A DNA stretch of 64,000 nucleotides from assembly GCA_964187785.1 (NCBI GenBank), contig OZ076409.1, positions 7,504,001 through 7,568,000 on the forward strand. The letters run 5' to 3'. This DNA is from Amphiscolops sp. MND2022 (lineage: Eukaryota). The notes beneath the pieces were generated by a model, which saw nothing but the letters and a program-made list of their open reading frames with translations, did not search any database and was not told the DNA's origin. Made by a program: the position numbers and the translations under genes. Below, one piece after another: positions 12,753 through 24,300 of the stretch (its first letter is position 1; each line of letters starts with the position of its first letter).

Positions 12753-13029
12753 CATACATTACCGGGCGAGACTAAAGGGTCCCCCTTTCATTTTTTTTCG
12801 GCATTGTGCAACTTTTTTCGAAGTTTTTTTCACCAAGGGGTCCCCATTGCATTTTTTTTCGAGTTTTGCGACAAAATGGATGTTGAAAAATTCCAAAGGG
12901 TCCTCCCTTTCAGTTTTTTTCGGCATTGTGAGACTTTTTTCTAATTTTTTTTATGAAAAGGTCCCCAATTCAGCAATACTTTGACATTTTGAAGTCCTTT
13001 TGCTATTTTTGAGCCTTAGATATGGCGCC
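12753..13029 (+). repeat. Partial copy of the abundant HINE-like dispersed repeat, interrupted by the Gypsy insertion
   Basis: Matches the reverse complement of part of 44616..45107 (cattaccgggcgagactaaagggtcccc; gagccttagatatggcgcc). Confidence 0.7.
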
Positions 13030-13383
13030 AACAAGTATCCCGATGCGATGTAGGTTCCGGAGAATTTCACGCGGTATGAAATCATCTAAACGCGTGAATT
13101 AATGACCAATCAAATTTCAGCAAGTCACCGGAGATACAAGCGTGAAATAACTCAGTTTTCCCTCAAAATTAGGTCATATGAGGTGAAATTAAACGAAAAA
13201 CCAATCAAACAACAGTTTTAGCTAGCAAATTTTGTTGCGGCATTTCCTACTTAGCACCGATACAAAGAAGTTTTTGCAGCCAGCTGAAAATTTTGACCAA
13301 TGAGCGTCAAAATTGAGATTTTGAAACTCAGAAGAAACTACACTTTTTGTATGTCAATGCCAAAAGAAAAAAGTTCAAAAACC

Positions 13384-13586
13384 CAGTGGCGTCTCTAAAA
13401 ATTTCTAAGGGGTGAATGAATCTAAGGGAGGTGAAATGAATCTTTATCAGAGAAAAATCATCGAAATTTTTAAAGGGCTTTTTCAAAAATCCAAACATGA
13501 CCGATTTTTAAAATGTTCTACTGATTTGTCAATTTACCCAGTTGAAGTTTTCCAAAGGGGGAAGGCAGCCCCTAAAGACGCCACTG
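13384..13586. mobile_element. hAT-type MITE
   Basis: TIRs CAGTGGCGTCT / AGACGCCACTG; 8-bp flanks caaaaacc / ctaaaacc (7/8 match). Confidence 0.7.
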
Positions 13587-13682
13587 CTAAAACCGGATAA
13601 GAAAATGCGTGAAATTGGGCCGCAAGCGTGAAATTTTGATGGCCCTTAAGTGAATTTCTGCGGAACCTAATGCATTGCCAAG

Positions 13683-14046
13683 CAGTGAATCGTCGTGTAT
13701 CAAGCTTTTCGTGTATCGTGTATTTGCAAAAACCGTTATGTGTATTCGTGTATTTTTTAAAAAATCCTGTATATTCGTAAGTTTTTTTCTGAAAAATGAA
13801 ATCTCCGAAAGTTTGAATTTCAATTTACTCATTATAAACAGCAATTTGAACCAAAATTTCCACGTTTTTGGCGACATACGGTTTCTTCTATTTACGCATC
13901 GTATGTTACATTGAGAAAATAGCCTTTCGACTGTTCCATTAATTCATGCTCAATTGCCACATTCACGCGCTCAATTTAATTATCGTGTAAATTCGTGTAT
14001 TTTTCGTCTGTATTTCAAAAAATCGCGTATCGTGTACAATTCACTG
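13683..14046. mobile_element. hAT-type MITE
   Basis: TIRs CAGTGAAT / ATTCACTG with repeated subterminal tcgtgta motifs; 8-bp flanks ttgccaag / gtgccaag (7/8 match). Confidence 0.65.
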
Positions 14047-14150
14047 GTGCCAAGACCTAAGCTCAATTCACAAACTTTCTGACTGCTTTTATCTTTGTGA
14101 CCCATATCATTTACCCATAGCTGATTTCACCATCGTTTACACTATATCGG

Positions 14151-14864
14151 TGTAACGTCAAGCCAGCAGCTACATCTTAGAGATGGGACGATGCCCAGAT
14201 TGCCTGAACAGGAGACCGTTGCCTTAACACAACCTAGACACTAGTTTTTAGTCCCAAAGCGGTCTCCTAGGGGACTTTTCCGAACGTCTCAGGAGACTCC
14301 TCGTATGAGAGCTCCGTGGCGACGTGCCGGCACACTCAAAGTCCGGACACGTCCCACAAACACGTAAAAAGATTCCTAAAGGTTCCTGCGTGTTCCTACA
14401 TGCTTTCGAGGTCCAAAAAGAGGGGTTTAGCTGAAGCACATTCTATTCCGTGAATAAAATCTAAAATTGCAAATACAAGGATCTACCAGATCCTTTACCA
14501 TCTCTATCTGCAAAATAACACTCACAACCATGAAATTAACTGAAACCATCACATTCTGCACTTTCATGGAGTTTTTCAGGGTTTCTCGTACAATCCATTG
14601 ATAGGTTGTACCTCTCTTCTTCGGGTTTCCCAGGAAATGTTCTGAAAAGATGGCCCAACACCTGGTCTTGTCTCTGTTCAGCTTCTGGATATCTTCGGAC
14701 GTCTGACTATACTGGTTTTTTTATGTGTTCGGGAGGGTTGGGGGGTCCTTTACACGTTCTGTGTGTTCTCTTTTCGATTTCAACGACCTGCCGGGTCGGC
14801 CATATTGCCTTGCACACTTTTCGAACTTTCATCGAATTTTTGACATTGACTGGTGGACGTTACA
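14151..14864 (-). mobile_element. Solo LTR related to the LTR at 52184..53259
   Basis: Same termini (TGTAACGTCAAGC...TGACTGGTGGACGTTACA) and a shared internal block gagctccgtggcgacgtgccggcacactcaaagtccggacacgtcccaca; 714 bp versus 1076 bp. Confidence 0.85.
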
Positions 14865-15278
14865 TGGGAAACATTAGAGTGCACAGGCAAGCCTTATTTG
14901 CTCAAAGCGCAACATAGTGCTTTCAATATCTCGGATTCTACGACCATACCTTTAACCGTGCAAAATTGGCAAATTACGTCATTTGTCCCGGATTCCACGG
15001 ATTTAGTCGTGGATTCCAGTAACAAATGCTTAGCTGTACGAACTGTCGGCATGCAGCGGTGTCCCGGATTCCACAAAAACGTAAGTTTTGCAAAATGAAC
15101 CAATCAGATTGCAGAAATCATAAATTTATAAATTTCCTGGATTCCACGACTTTATGCTTGACGCGATACGAGGTATCTCTTCTTTAATTAAATTCAAGTG
15201 GAAGACTGAACAAACATAATATTATGCACTACTTTTCGTATATTAATTCAAAATGATTCAGACAATCACACCAATATC

Positions 15279-15680
15279 ACACAAAATTTTTGTATTTTTC
15301 AGTTTAGTACCAGTTTTGAACAAACTGCCGAATCATCACAATCTGCCATTATTTGATGACATGCTTCATTTTTGGTACCAGTCACGAGTATCACTATTCG
15401 TACTTCTTGGATTTTTCGTGTCAATCAAAACAATTTCCTTTGATATAAGATTGATTTAATTCAAGTTCTTCTGCCTTTCTAATAATGATCATGCAAAATG
15501 AATATTATACTACACAAATATTCGTATTTTTCAGTTTAGTACCAGTTTTGAACAAACTGCCAGATCATCACAATCTGCCATTATTTGGTGACATGCTTTA
15601 ATTTTGGTACCAGACATGAGTATCTCTATTCGTACTTTGGGACTTTTCGTGTCAATCAAAACAAATTCCATTGATATGTA
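15279..15680 (+). repeat. ~230-bp tandem unit (about 2 copies), repeated at ~17781..18185
   Basis: cagtttagtaccagttttgaacaaactgccagatcatcacaatctgccattatttg recurs (with variants) near 15300, 15532, 17801 and 18033. Confidence 0.85.
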
Positions 15681-16182
15681 AATTTTTTCAACTTGGTGAA
15701 AATAAAAAAAAGTGCCAATTAGATTAACTTTTGTGAAAATTTGCAATTTCTAAATTTTGTAATGTTTGTCGCAGAAATTTCAAACAAACATTTTTGTAAA
15801 CTGGATAAAATTCTGACTCATTTCCAGGTCCAGACAGCTGAACGAGAACTGCGCAGGGGAGAGAGCTAAACCGCACAAAAACGGACTTCTTCGGGCAAAA
15901 TGTGTTGATCACAAAAAGTAACGGGCCACAACCCACAGGAAGCGAAGGCGAAGGATGCGAAAGCGAATACTGATTAAAGTCCAAACATACAAAAACTACC
16001 AGTTGCTACTTAATACTCGTGGTACTACCTATATTAAACGATACCCAATTGAGTTTTGATGATAGTAGTATGTACAAGGATGATACTTTATTCAATAGTA
16101 TGTACAATTTCGAGAAAGCAAAGTTCGATTACCAAAATATAGTTTTTCTACTATGTATTTTTTCGAAGGATTCCAAGATTTT

Positions 16183-16254
16183 GCGGTCGGAGAGATTCGA
16201 ACTCGAAACCTTATAATTAGGAAGCCAACGCTCTAACCATTCGGCCATAGCGCC
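16183..16254 (-). pseudogene. tRNA-derived relic (tRNA-Arg(CCT)-like pseudogene or SINE head)
   Basis: Minus strand GGCGCTATGGCCGAATGGTTAGAGCG...TTCCTAA...GAGTTCGAATCTC has A and B boxes at tRNA spacing, but the acceptor and anticodon stems do not pair. Confidence 0.6.
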
Positions 16255-16575
16255 TCTGATTGGACGATTTGTTATTTGCTATATAACATTTCCTCTTTTA
16301 TAAATTGAGAAAATAGGTATACTAAGAGGACTCTTTTACGTCCTCACGAAAAATTTTTTGGACATATTTTAACTGTCTGACTTCCAATAGCAACGAATTT
16401 TGGCTTTAAAAAGTCTTTGTCTCACGAAAACCTTGAAAACAATTTTGCAAGGCATTTTATAAAAAAATGGCATTTATTTATGACTGTCTTGTCATCGAAA
16501 TATGGCGGATTCTTATTAACTGCCATTTTTTTATAAGCATTCAACGAATGAGCTCGTTCTTGAATGGTCCTAAAA

Positions 16576-16874
16576 CGACTGTGGAAAGTAAGACCATATC
16601 TTTATACAGGTGTCGTGGAAACCATATACATATGTTAAACTGTAAGAAAACAACTACCAAAGGGGGTAGTACGTTAATATTTAATTCTGACTGTATGGTC
16701 CTGGTTTCCACCAAAATAGCATTTACTGTTCGATGGCCACGAAAGCGACCGACTGTGGAAAGTAAGACCATATCATTATACATGTGTCGTGGAAACCATA
16801 TAAATATCTTAAACTGTAAGAAAACAACTACCAAAGGGGGTAGATAGTACGTTAATATTTAATTCTGACTGTAT
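16576..16874 (+). repeat. Direct duplication with ~174-bp period
   Basis: cgactgtggaaagtaagaccatatc...aattctgactgtat occurs at 16576 and 16750. Confidence 0.85.
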
Positions 16875-17066
16875 TATTGTACGTCAATAATGAAATTTTG
16901 ATATACCGTATTAGTGTAATGGAAAAATTGCTCAAAATTCAATGACGTTTTAGAATATTCTGACATTTATTCATATCTGGCTCACTATTGACAACTGGCA
17001 GATTTTGATGAAATGGTACATTTTCGATTGGTTAGCAATTTTAGAGGCCGGCGATTGTTCGCTCCA

Positions 17067-17560
17067 AAGATATTATGGACATATTTTGTCTCTCTAACTT
17101 CTAATAGCAACGAATTTTGGCTAAAACTGCAATTCAAAAGTGAAATTAATCATGACTAATTTTGGTCCCAATCGCGAGTAATTTTTTTACTCACGATTGG
17201 GACCAAAATATCACAGAATCTTTTTTCATTTTAGTATACTGAAAGGCCTCCTTTTTGTCCTCACGAAAGATATTAGGGACATATTTTAACTGTCTGACTT
17301 CTAATAACAACGAAATTTGGCTAAAAATGCTATTCAAAAGTGAAATTAAACATGACTAATTTTGGTCCCAATCGTGAGTAATTTTTTACTCACCATTGGG
17401 ACCAAAATATCACAGAATCTTTTTTCATTTTAGTATACTGAAAGGCCTCCTTTTTGTCCTCACGAAAGATATTAGGGACATATTTTAACTGTCTGAATTC
17501 TAATAACAACGAAATTTGGCTAAAATGCAATTCAAAAGTGAAATTAATCATGACTAATTA
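17067..17560 (+). repeat. ~200-bp tandem array (about 2.5 copies)
   Basis: aagatatta(t/g)ggacatatttt recurs at ~17067, 17267 and 17466; units contain the inverted repeat ttttggtcccaatc / (g/c)attgggaccaaaa. Confidence 0.85.
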
Positions 17561-20500
17561 ACGTTTGCAGGACTTCGATTTGGTTAACACTGTAGCACAT
17601 TGGTACTTTCAGCGGTGGTTGATTGGCTGCGTGACGAAATTCCTCAGTCATAGTTTCGTTCGTTTGTTTAGCTTCACTGCTTTGCGTTGTTTTAATGATT
17701 GTGGCAATCTCGTTAAGTGTTTGTTTATTTACATTCGCGGCGTTGCTCGCTTTTGTCATTTCTCTCTCACTTGGTTATATTACACAAATGTTCGTATTTT
17801 TCAGTTTAGTACCAGTTTTGAAAAAACTGCCAGATCATCACAATCTGCCATTATTTGATGACATGCTTCATTTTTGGTACCAGTCACGAGTATCTCTATT
17901 TGTACTTCTTGGATTTTTTGTGTCAATCAAAACAATTTCCTTTGATATAAGACTGATTTAATTCAAGTTCTTCTGCCTTTCTAATAATGATCATGCAAAA
18001 TGAATATTATATTACACAAATATTCGTATTTTCAAGTTTAGTACCGTTTTGAACAAACTGCCAGATCATCACAATCTGCCATTATTTGATGACATGCTTC
18101 ATTTTTGGTACCAGTCACGAGTATCTCTATTCGTACTTCTTGGATTTTTCGTGTCAATCAAAACAATTCCCTTGGATATAAAATTGAATTAATTTAAAAT
18201 GATTACTCAAAATCAGCGGACCAATCAGAGAGCAGCGGCAAAAGTGTCATTATAGCAGCATTATTGGCGTGGAATCCAGGACAAGCACTGTCGTGGAATC
18301 CGAGACACGCTGAACATCAAAGAGAAATTTTGTCCTGGATTCCACGAAAAGCAGCAAAAAGCTTGCCTGTGCACTGTAATGAATTGCATACCACGGTGTT
18401 TCATTGAAAAATGAAGAAAAATAAAAGACCAGCAAAGTACTGATTGAATAGTTTCGAAACATATTCATCGCAAAAATGATCAAAACATCAACAAATTTCA
18501 AGAAACTTCAGGTGATCAGAGCGAAACCCTGCCAAATTTTTGTTTTTAACTCTAAATGAACTTTTGACCAATTTTGTGATTTTGTCATTCACGGCTTGCT
18601 TTTCGAAATTCATCAGCTAGAGCCGCGAGCGTTTAACACACATCATTGTAGCATCCTCAAATTCATGTGTGGCAATCTTTCGAAACGTTTTGCACGAGAA
18701 AAAGTTGGTTTCATAACTTGTTTCTTTTCTCAACTTTTTAATCAGTTTTCTTGTTTGACGAGTGCTGTTTTCCTTTGTCATGCGAAACCTCAAGTTTGAA
18801 AATCAGGATCTTCCGTGCAAGATTTTACAAAGTCGTTTCATTGTCGTTTGCTACCCAACAAAAATAGTTTTCAACGTGTTTCTTCAGTTCCAGGTTTTGA
18901 GTTTTGCCCGCTAATCGTGAATAGAAACGATACAACTTCATCAGGTAGCAAGATCTCTATCATGCATAAAGAGCCAGCCATTCAGGTAACTTTCGCAGTT
19001 AGATAGTTGCTTTTCTTTTGAAAAAAAAAAACAAATCGGATAACATAATAGATCGCTGAGCACAGGGTAGCATTTCGTAGATGAACAATTTTAGGTTGTT
19101 TCCATTTAAATTCAAGGCTAAAATGCTATAGAATCATCAATGTACTATCATTGTGTACACACAAACTGTCATCGCTATTCGGAATTTTTTACAGTTTCTG
19201 TCAGCTATATCTTCGACAATTCACCCCTGAAGTCAAACAGAATTGTTAAGTTTTTTGTCGGAGTCAAATATTAGAAATTTTTATCTTAATATTGTTCTCT
19301 GATAAAGAGAAGATTATCTGCAGTTTCTCACCAACTTTCATGTTTCTCCCTTGAACTATAGAATCGCCCCCTTGAACACTGGGCCATCATTCCCGTTGCT
19401 TTGTACGGTCTCTTTTTTATCCATCCAAGTAGAAATGAAGAAGAGAATAAGAAAAAACTTTTGTTTCCCGCAATGTGAACCTACAAAATTCAACTTTCGG
19501 GTACTGTCGAAGAGAATACTTGACTTTTTGAGGTCCTTTTGCTATTTTCAAGCTTTAGATATGGCACCGACTTATGCCGTTCCCGGCTTGTTCCATAACT
19601 TCCTGACTATATCCATAAAAATAGCGTTTATAAATATACCTTTTATAAAAAATATAGCATATCCGAAAATACGTAGACTTACTTCTATTCTGCATATTTT
19701 TGGTTATTCATTCTATGATTTTTATTACCTTACTGGTCCCAACGAATTTGTTGATTTTGGGTCAAATGTTTCTTGAAATAACATGTTAGGTACAATGTCT
19801 GAACTTATACTTTTATGTAGATTATCGACTAAAAGCTACGTGTTCGAACATTTTTGTTCGAACAAAACTTCCACCATTTGGAGTCCACTTTCACAATAGC
19901 AGCACTTTTTGATATGCCTCATGTGCGTTTGAATGTCCACGTATACAGTTTCAAACTTCAACCCCACTTTTTTTGTCTTCAATATTGACATACCGTACTT
20001 ACCGTAGCTCCCTTGGGATTTTTAGTCGGCGCTTTTCTAGTGAAAAGTGCCCAACTATTACGGTGACTAGTTTTTTGTCAGAACACAGACCTCGCCCTGT
20101 ATGTACCACATAGGTACTTAGTACTTCATTTTGAACGCATCCAAAGTCTCTAAAAAACCCTTTTCAATTTTTCGGTGCTATGAGACTTTCTATGCTATCT
20201 CCGCCCCCTTTTTTGGCTTTGTCAGACTATTTTTCGAAAACTGTTCAATATTCCCAAAGGGTCCCCCCTTCAATTTTTTTTGAGATTTTGCAACTGAATG
20301 AATGTTGAAAAGCCCAAAGGCCCCCATTCACCATTTTTTGGCACTGAGACTTTTCAAAATTCTCACTTCTCGTTTTTTTTGTGAAAACTTTTTAATGTCT
20401 CCAAAGGGTCCCCCTTCAATTTTTCTGATATTTTGCAGCAAAATGAATTTTCAAAAAGCCCAAAGGGTGCCCCTTATACAATTTAAAAAACTTTGCGCTT

Positions 20501-20886
20501 TTTGAGCCTTAGATATGGCGCCGACTTTAGAAGTTCCCGTCGTTTTGTATTGTTTGACGTTATATCTGAAGTAAATTGCGCTTTACTAAGGAGGAAGCGG
20601 AGGTTCGAAAAGAATTCCCTTTTCGAAAATGTCCTTTTGGGTTTTTCAGGTACTGTGAAATAGATTATTTATTCGAATGAGAAGTACTTTTGCTCTTTTT
20701 GAGCCTTAAGGGGGCGCCGATTTATACCGTTTCGGGTTTTTATAAAAGACTATTGTCGATTTAACTTTTGCAAAGCTAAATAAATAAATAATCGCCAATA
20801 AACCTTCAATTTTGAAGGTTGATTCGGTGTTGGTTAGTTTCGAAACTACACCTCCTTCCTGGTAACATGAGGAAAAAGCAAAACCT

Positions 20887-21349
20887 AAACAAGACGGGAA
20901 CGTCTCAAGTCGGCGCTATATCTAAGGCTCAAAAAGCGCGAAACATTTTTTTGGAAAAAAACTTGAAATTTTCGAAAAAACTTTTTCTTTCGGAAAATGT
21001 CGCACAGTGCCGAAAAATGTAAAAGGGGGACCCCTTTTGATTTATAAACATGCTTTCTGTAGCAAAATAACAAAAAACTCAAAGATGGGACCTTTTGGGG
21101 ACATTAAAAAAAATTTCGAAAAAAAAATCGAAAGGGGGGACCCTTTAGTCCCGTCCGGGCTTGTAGGTAACGTTTAAAAAGTAAAAAACCAAAGGGGGGA
21201 TCCTTTGGAATAATTTACATGCGTTTCTCTGGTATTTAGTTTCCTTTAGTTGAACGTTAACGTTCGTCGCTTCGAGTCTGTCTTAAATAAAAAAAAAACG
21301 AGTGACTGTAATAGTCTGGCTTTTATTTATAAAAGCGCCGACTAAAAAA
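20887..21349 (-). mobile_element. Full-length copy of the HINE/Helentron-like non-autonomous repeat
   Basis: Terminal hairpin AGACG-GGAA-CGTCT next to AGTCGGCGC; the other end is GCGCCGACTAAAAAA. Related copies at ~20020-20545, 44616-45107, 46654-47306 and 47401-47650. Confidence 0.55.
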
Positions 21350-24300
21350 TGCGCTATGTCTGAATCTGACATTCTATACTTCACTCAGTCCCGCTTTGGT
21401 CCTTAGGGGGATTCAAATCAAGCATCAGCCTGCAATACTAGCCGTCTTCCTAATCCGATAAAGTGGCCAGGAACGTAAACTGGAAAGGCTGAAAATCTGC
21501 GATCGTTTTTTTTATTTTTGGTCCCGTTTTCTTGATTTCGGGGATATTTATTTCGTGAAAAGACGTGCAATGATATGTAATATTGTCTCAAAATCTTATT
21601 CAAGAGTTTTCTTTACCATACGGTCAGCTGGTGCCTTCAGACGTTTGCAGAAAGTAACTGGTACGAAATCGTACCATCATCCATTTAGGGTTTAAAAGTC
21701 ACTAATTTGGTGTGCGTCTGAAAGCGTCGACTGAAAGAAACATTCAAGTACGGCAACAGAATGACGGAGCAAGACGGGACCCTTCTAAACTCGGTGTCCC
21801 GCTCAAAGCTAAAAAAAGCGAAGGCAGTCTTGTAGAAATGTTCAAGGTGGCTTCTAAGAAATTTTCGTAACTTTCAGAGTCGCAAAAAATCCGAAAGGCT
21901 CGAATAACGCTTTTTGAATAAAACATTAAAAATGCCCAAATTGGTGGAACTTTTTTCAAAAATCGCACAGCGCCGAGAACAGCGCCAATAGAAGGGATCC
22001 TTCAGACTTGAAAAGGTCTTTTTAAAATTTTAAAAGTTGAAACACGCGAAAATTGAAGGGGCACTTTAATGAAAAAATGTTCCGAAAAAAGTCGCACAGT
22101 ACCGAAAAAAACCAAAGGGTTGTCCTCCTTGGCTGTCGAGAAAGACCTTTCTTCTGAAAAAAACCGAGATGTTACATCACGGAAACACGCTAAGGGAACT
22201 TAGCTGGCAAGATGAGAAAAAAGCAAAACCCGAGAAAAATGCGCCATATCTGAATCTGACATTTTATAAGTCCCTCTTTGGTCCTTAGTGAGATTCAGAT
22301 CAAACATCAGCGTGCTGTACTAGCCGTCATCCTGTGTCAGTTCGTGTGGTTTTAAAACCTGAATGGACGACGAAATTTCGCCACACTGGCTCCGAACTTT
22401 GCAATGTACTCTCTCCATTTTTCAACTTTCATTGCTTATCCTTGAGCGTTGATTATGATTGGCTCGCAGCTTCTGGTGATTAAAAACGGAGGCTTTATAA
22501 ACAATATCAATTCAAATAATCTCGAATCCTAATCTATGCAATCCACAAAGATTCAAATCAATTGACTTATTTGATCAATTCCGCTCTGCTTCGTCTTTGT
22601 TTCACGAGGTCCCTGCATTCTTGTCTCGTCTGTCTGTCTGTAGATGTTGATCGTTTCATTTCATCAGTTTACTAGGGGAACCATAAAAAAACGGAACGCA
22701 TGAAATCATTTTGAGCTCTCAAAGTTTCAAATATTTGTCAACAAATGTTTCAAAACAACTCTGAACATTTCAATTCAGCTTGTCAGTCATTCACTTTGAC
22801 AACTTTTCTTGGACGCAAATCAACTTTCACACATCTAAAGTGTGAACAAAACGACCTGTAAAGACGTCTAGACTTTTTCGGAAGGTTAGAGTCATTCTTT
22901 GTCCAAGATGTGATTACGTAATGAGAGGATGATTGACAGACAAAGTGAAAGATTTTCAGCTTCTTGTTTACAAATATTACTATTTTGAAGAGAGAATATT
23001 TTGTGAGTTCCATTTTTTTGTTCACCTAGTAGCAATAGAATTGGAGAGATTGAAAGCTAGGAACTACCAGACGACTGGATCAACCATGATTTGCACACTT
23101 TGCGGCGGAAATTTTTAGCACAAGCAGAAAAATATGCAAAACAAGAGGTTCACATTCTAACCATTTCCTCTCGAAAATGGGAAACTAGATCCATTATTTC
23201 TTAGATTCTTTAAAATTGATAGATTCTTTGAAAACCGGCTATGACTAAAATTTTCAACGTATTTCTGTCTCATTCATCGTATACATTTGTTCCCACATTC
23301 TCAACTTTTTTGAAAAAAACTGTTTGATTCTTTTTAAACCGGCTTTTAGGTATCTTGATGCCTAAAATTTTCAACAAATTTTCATTTATCGCATACATTT
23401 GTTTCCATATTCTCTTCATTTTAGTAATGCAGTCAAAAGTAATGACGAACTGTCTAAGAATGTGAACAACTTAGCCCGTTCTCTTGCGCGGATAGTCAGA
23501 AAATAGCAAGTGCACATAGTAAGAAACGGCGGCCGGACAATAATGTTCTTCTGGTCGGACGTGTATTCGCCGCAGCAAGAGTTTCCTCTCTTCTGTTCTG
23601 TACAGGGAGGTTACGTAATAATAACAAGAGCTTACGTAATAATGACAAGAGGGAGGGGCTGGTATGAAAAGTAGATTCGAGAAAATTGAAGCCATGATTC
23701 GCAACTAGGCGGCAGAGAAGAGCGAAGGGGATAGGCGGCGAAGGGGAAAGACCAAAGGGGGAAGTTGATTGTTAGAGTGGAAAGAAGCAATATTGGATTA
23801 TCATCATTACACTATATATTATACACTAAATACGCATTAAAAGTGGACAAAACGCAACACGTAACGAAACTTCGCAATATCAACCGCAAATGATGACCCC
23901 TGTTCCATAAATAGAACTGCCTTACACCTTTTGAGAACATTCTAGAATTATAAGAAGTCATAAGAGGTATTTGAAGGATAAAGGCCATTACTTTGTACGT
24001 TAGTCAAACGATTGCATTGGGAAATGTTGAAACCACTAAGTGTTCCAGACATTTAGGGTTTATTGGATAACTCGAATTTTTGCGTCGGAAAATTGTCCAC
24101 TTGTAGGTTGTGTAGTTGGTAAGCAAAGGTCCCGGGTTCGTTTCTCGCTTTGGGCGATGACCTTTTTGCTTTTCTGATGATTAGCACGGTGGGTGAGGGA
24201 AGAAGGTGATTGGTTTAGCAAGTTAGTTGTTTACTCACACAGCAGACTTTAGCGGTGTGAAAAGAGGATATAAAAACAAGAAATGAAAGAAGAGCTGAAA

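Larger units (their letters stand above)
14877..18376. mobile_element. 3.5-kb non-autonomous TIR element with Tc1/mariner-like ends and internal tandem arrays
   Basis: ta|GAGTGCACAGGCAAGC ... GCTTGCCTGTGCACTG|ta; repeated subterminal ggattccacg / cgtggaatcc motifs at both ends; no transposase ORF. Confidence 0.6.

Noticed and set aside
16183..16254. Functional tRNA-Arg gene
   Set aside because: The acceptor, anticodon and T stems fail to pair properly.
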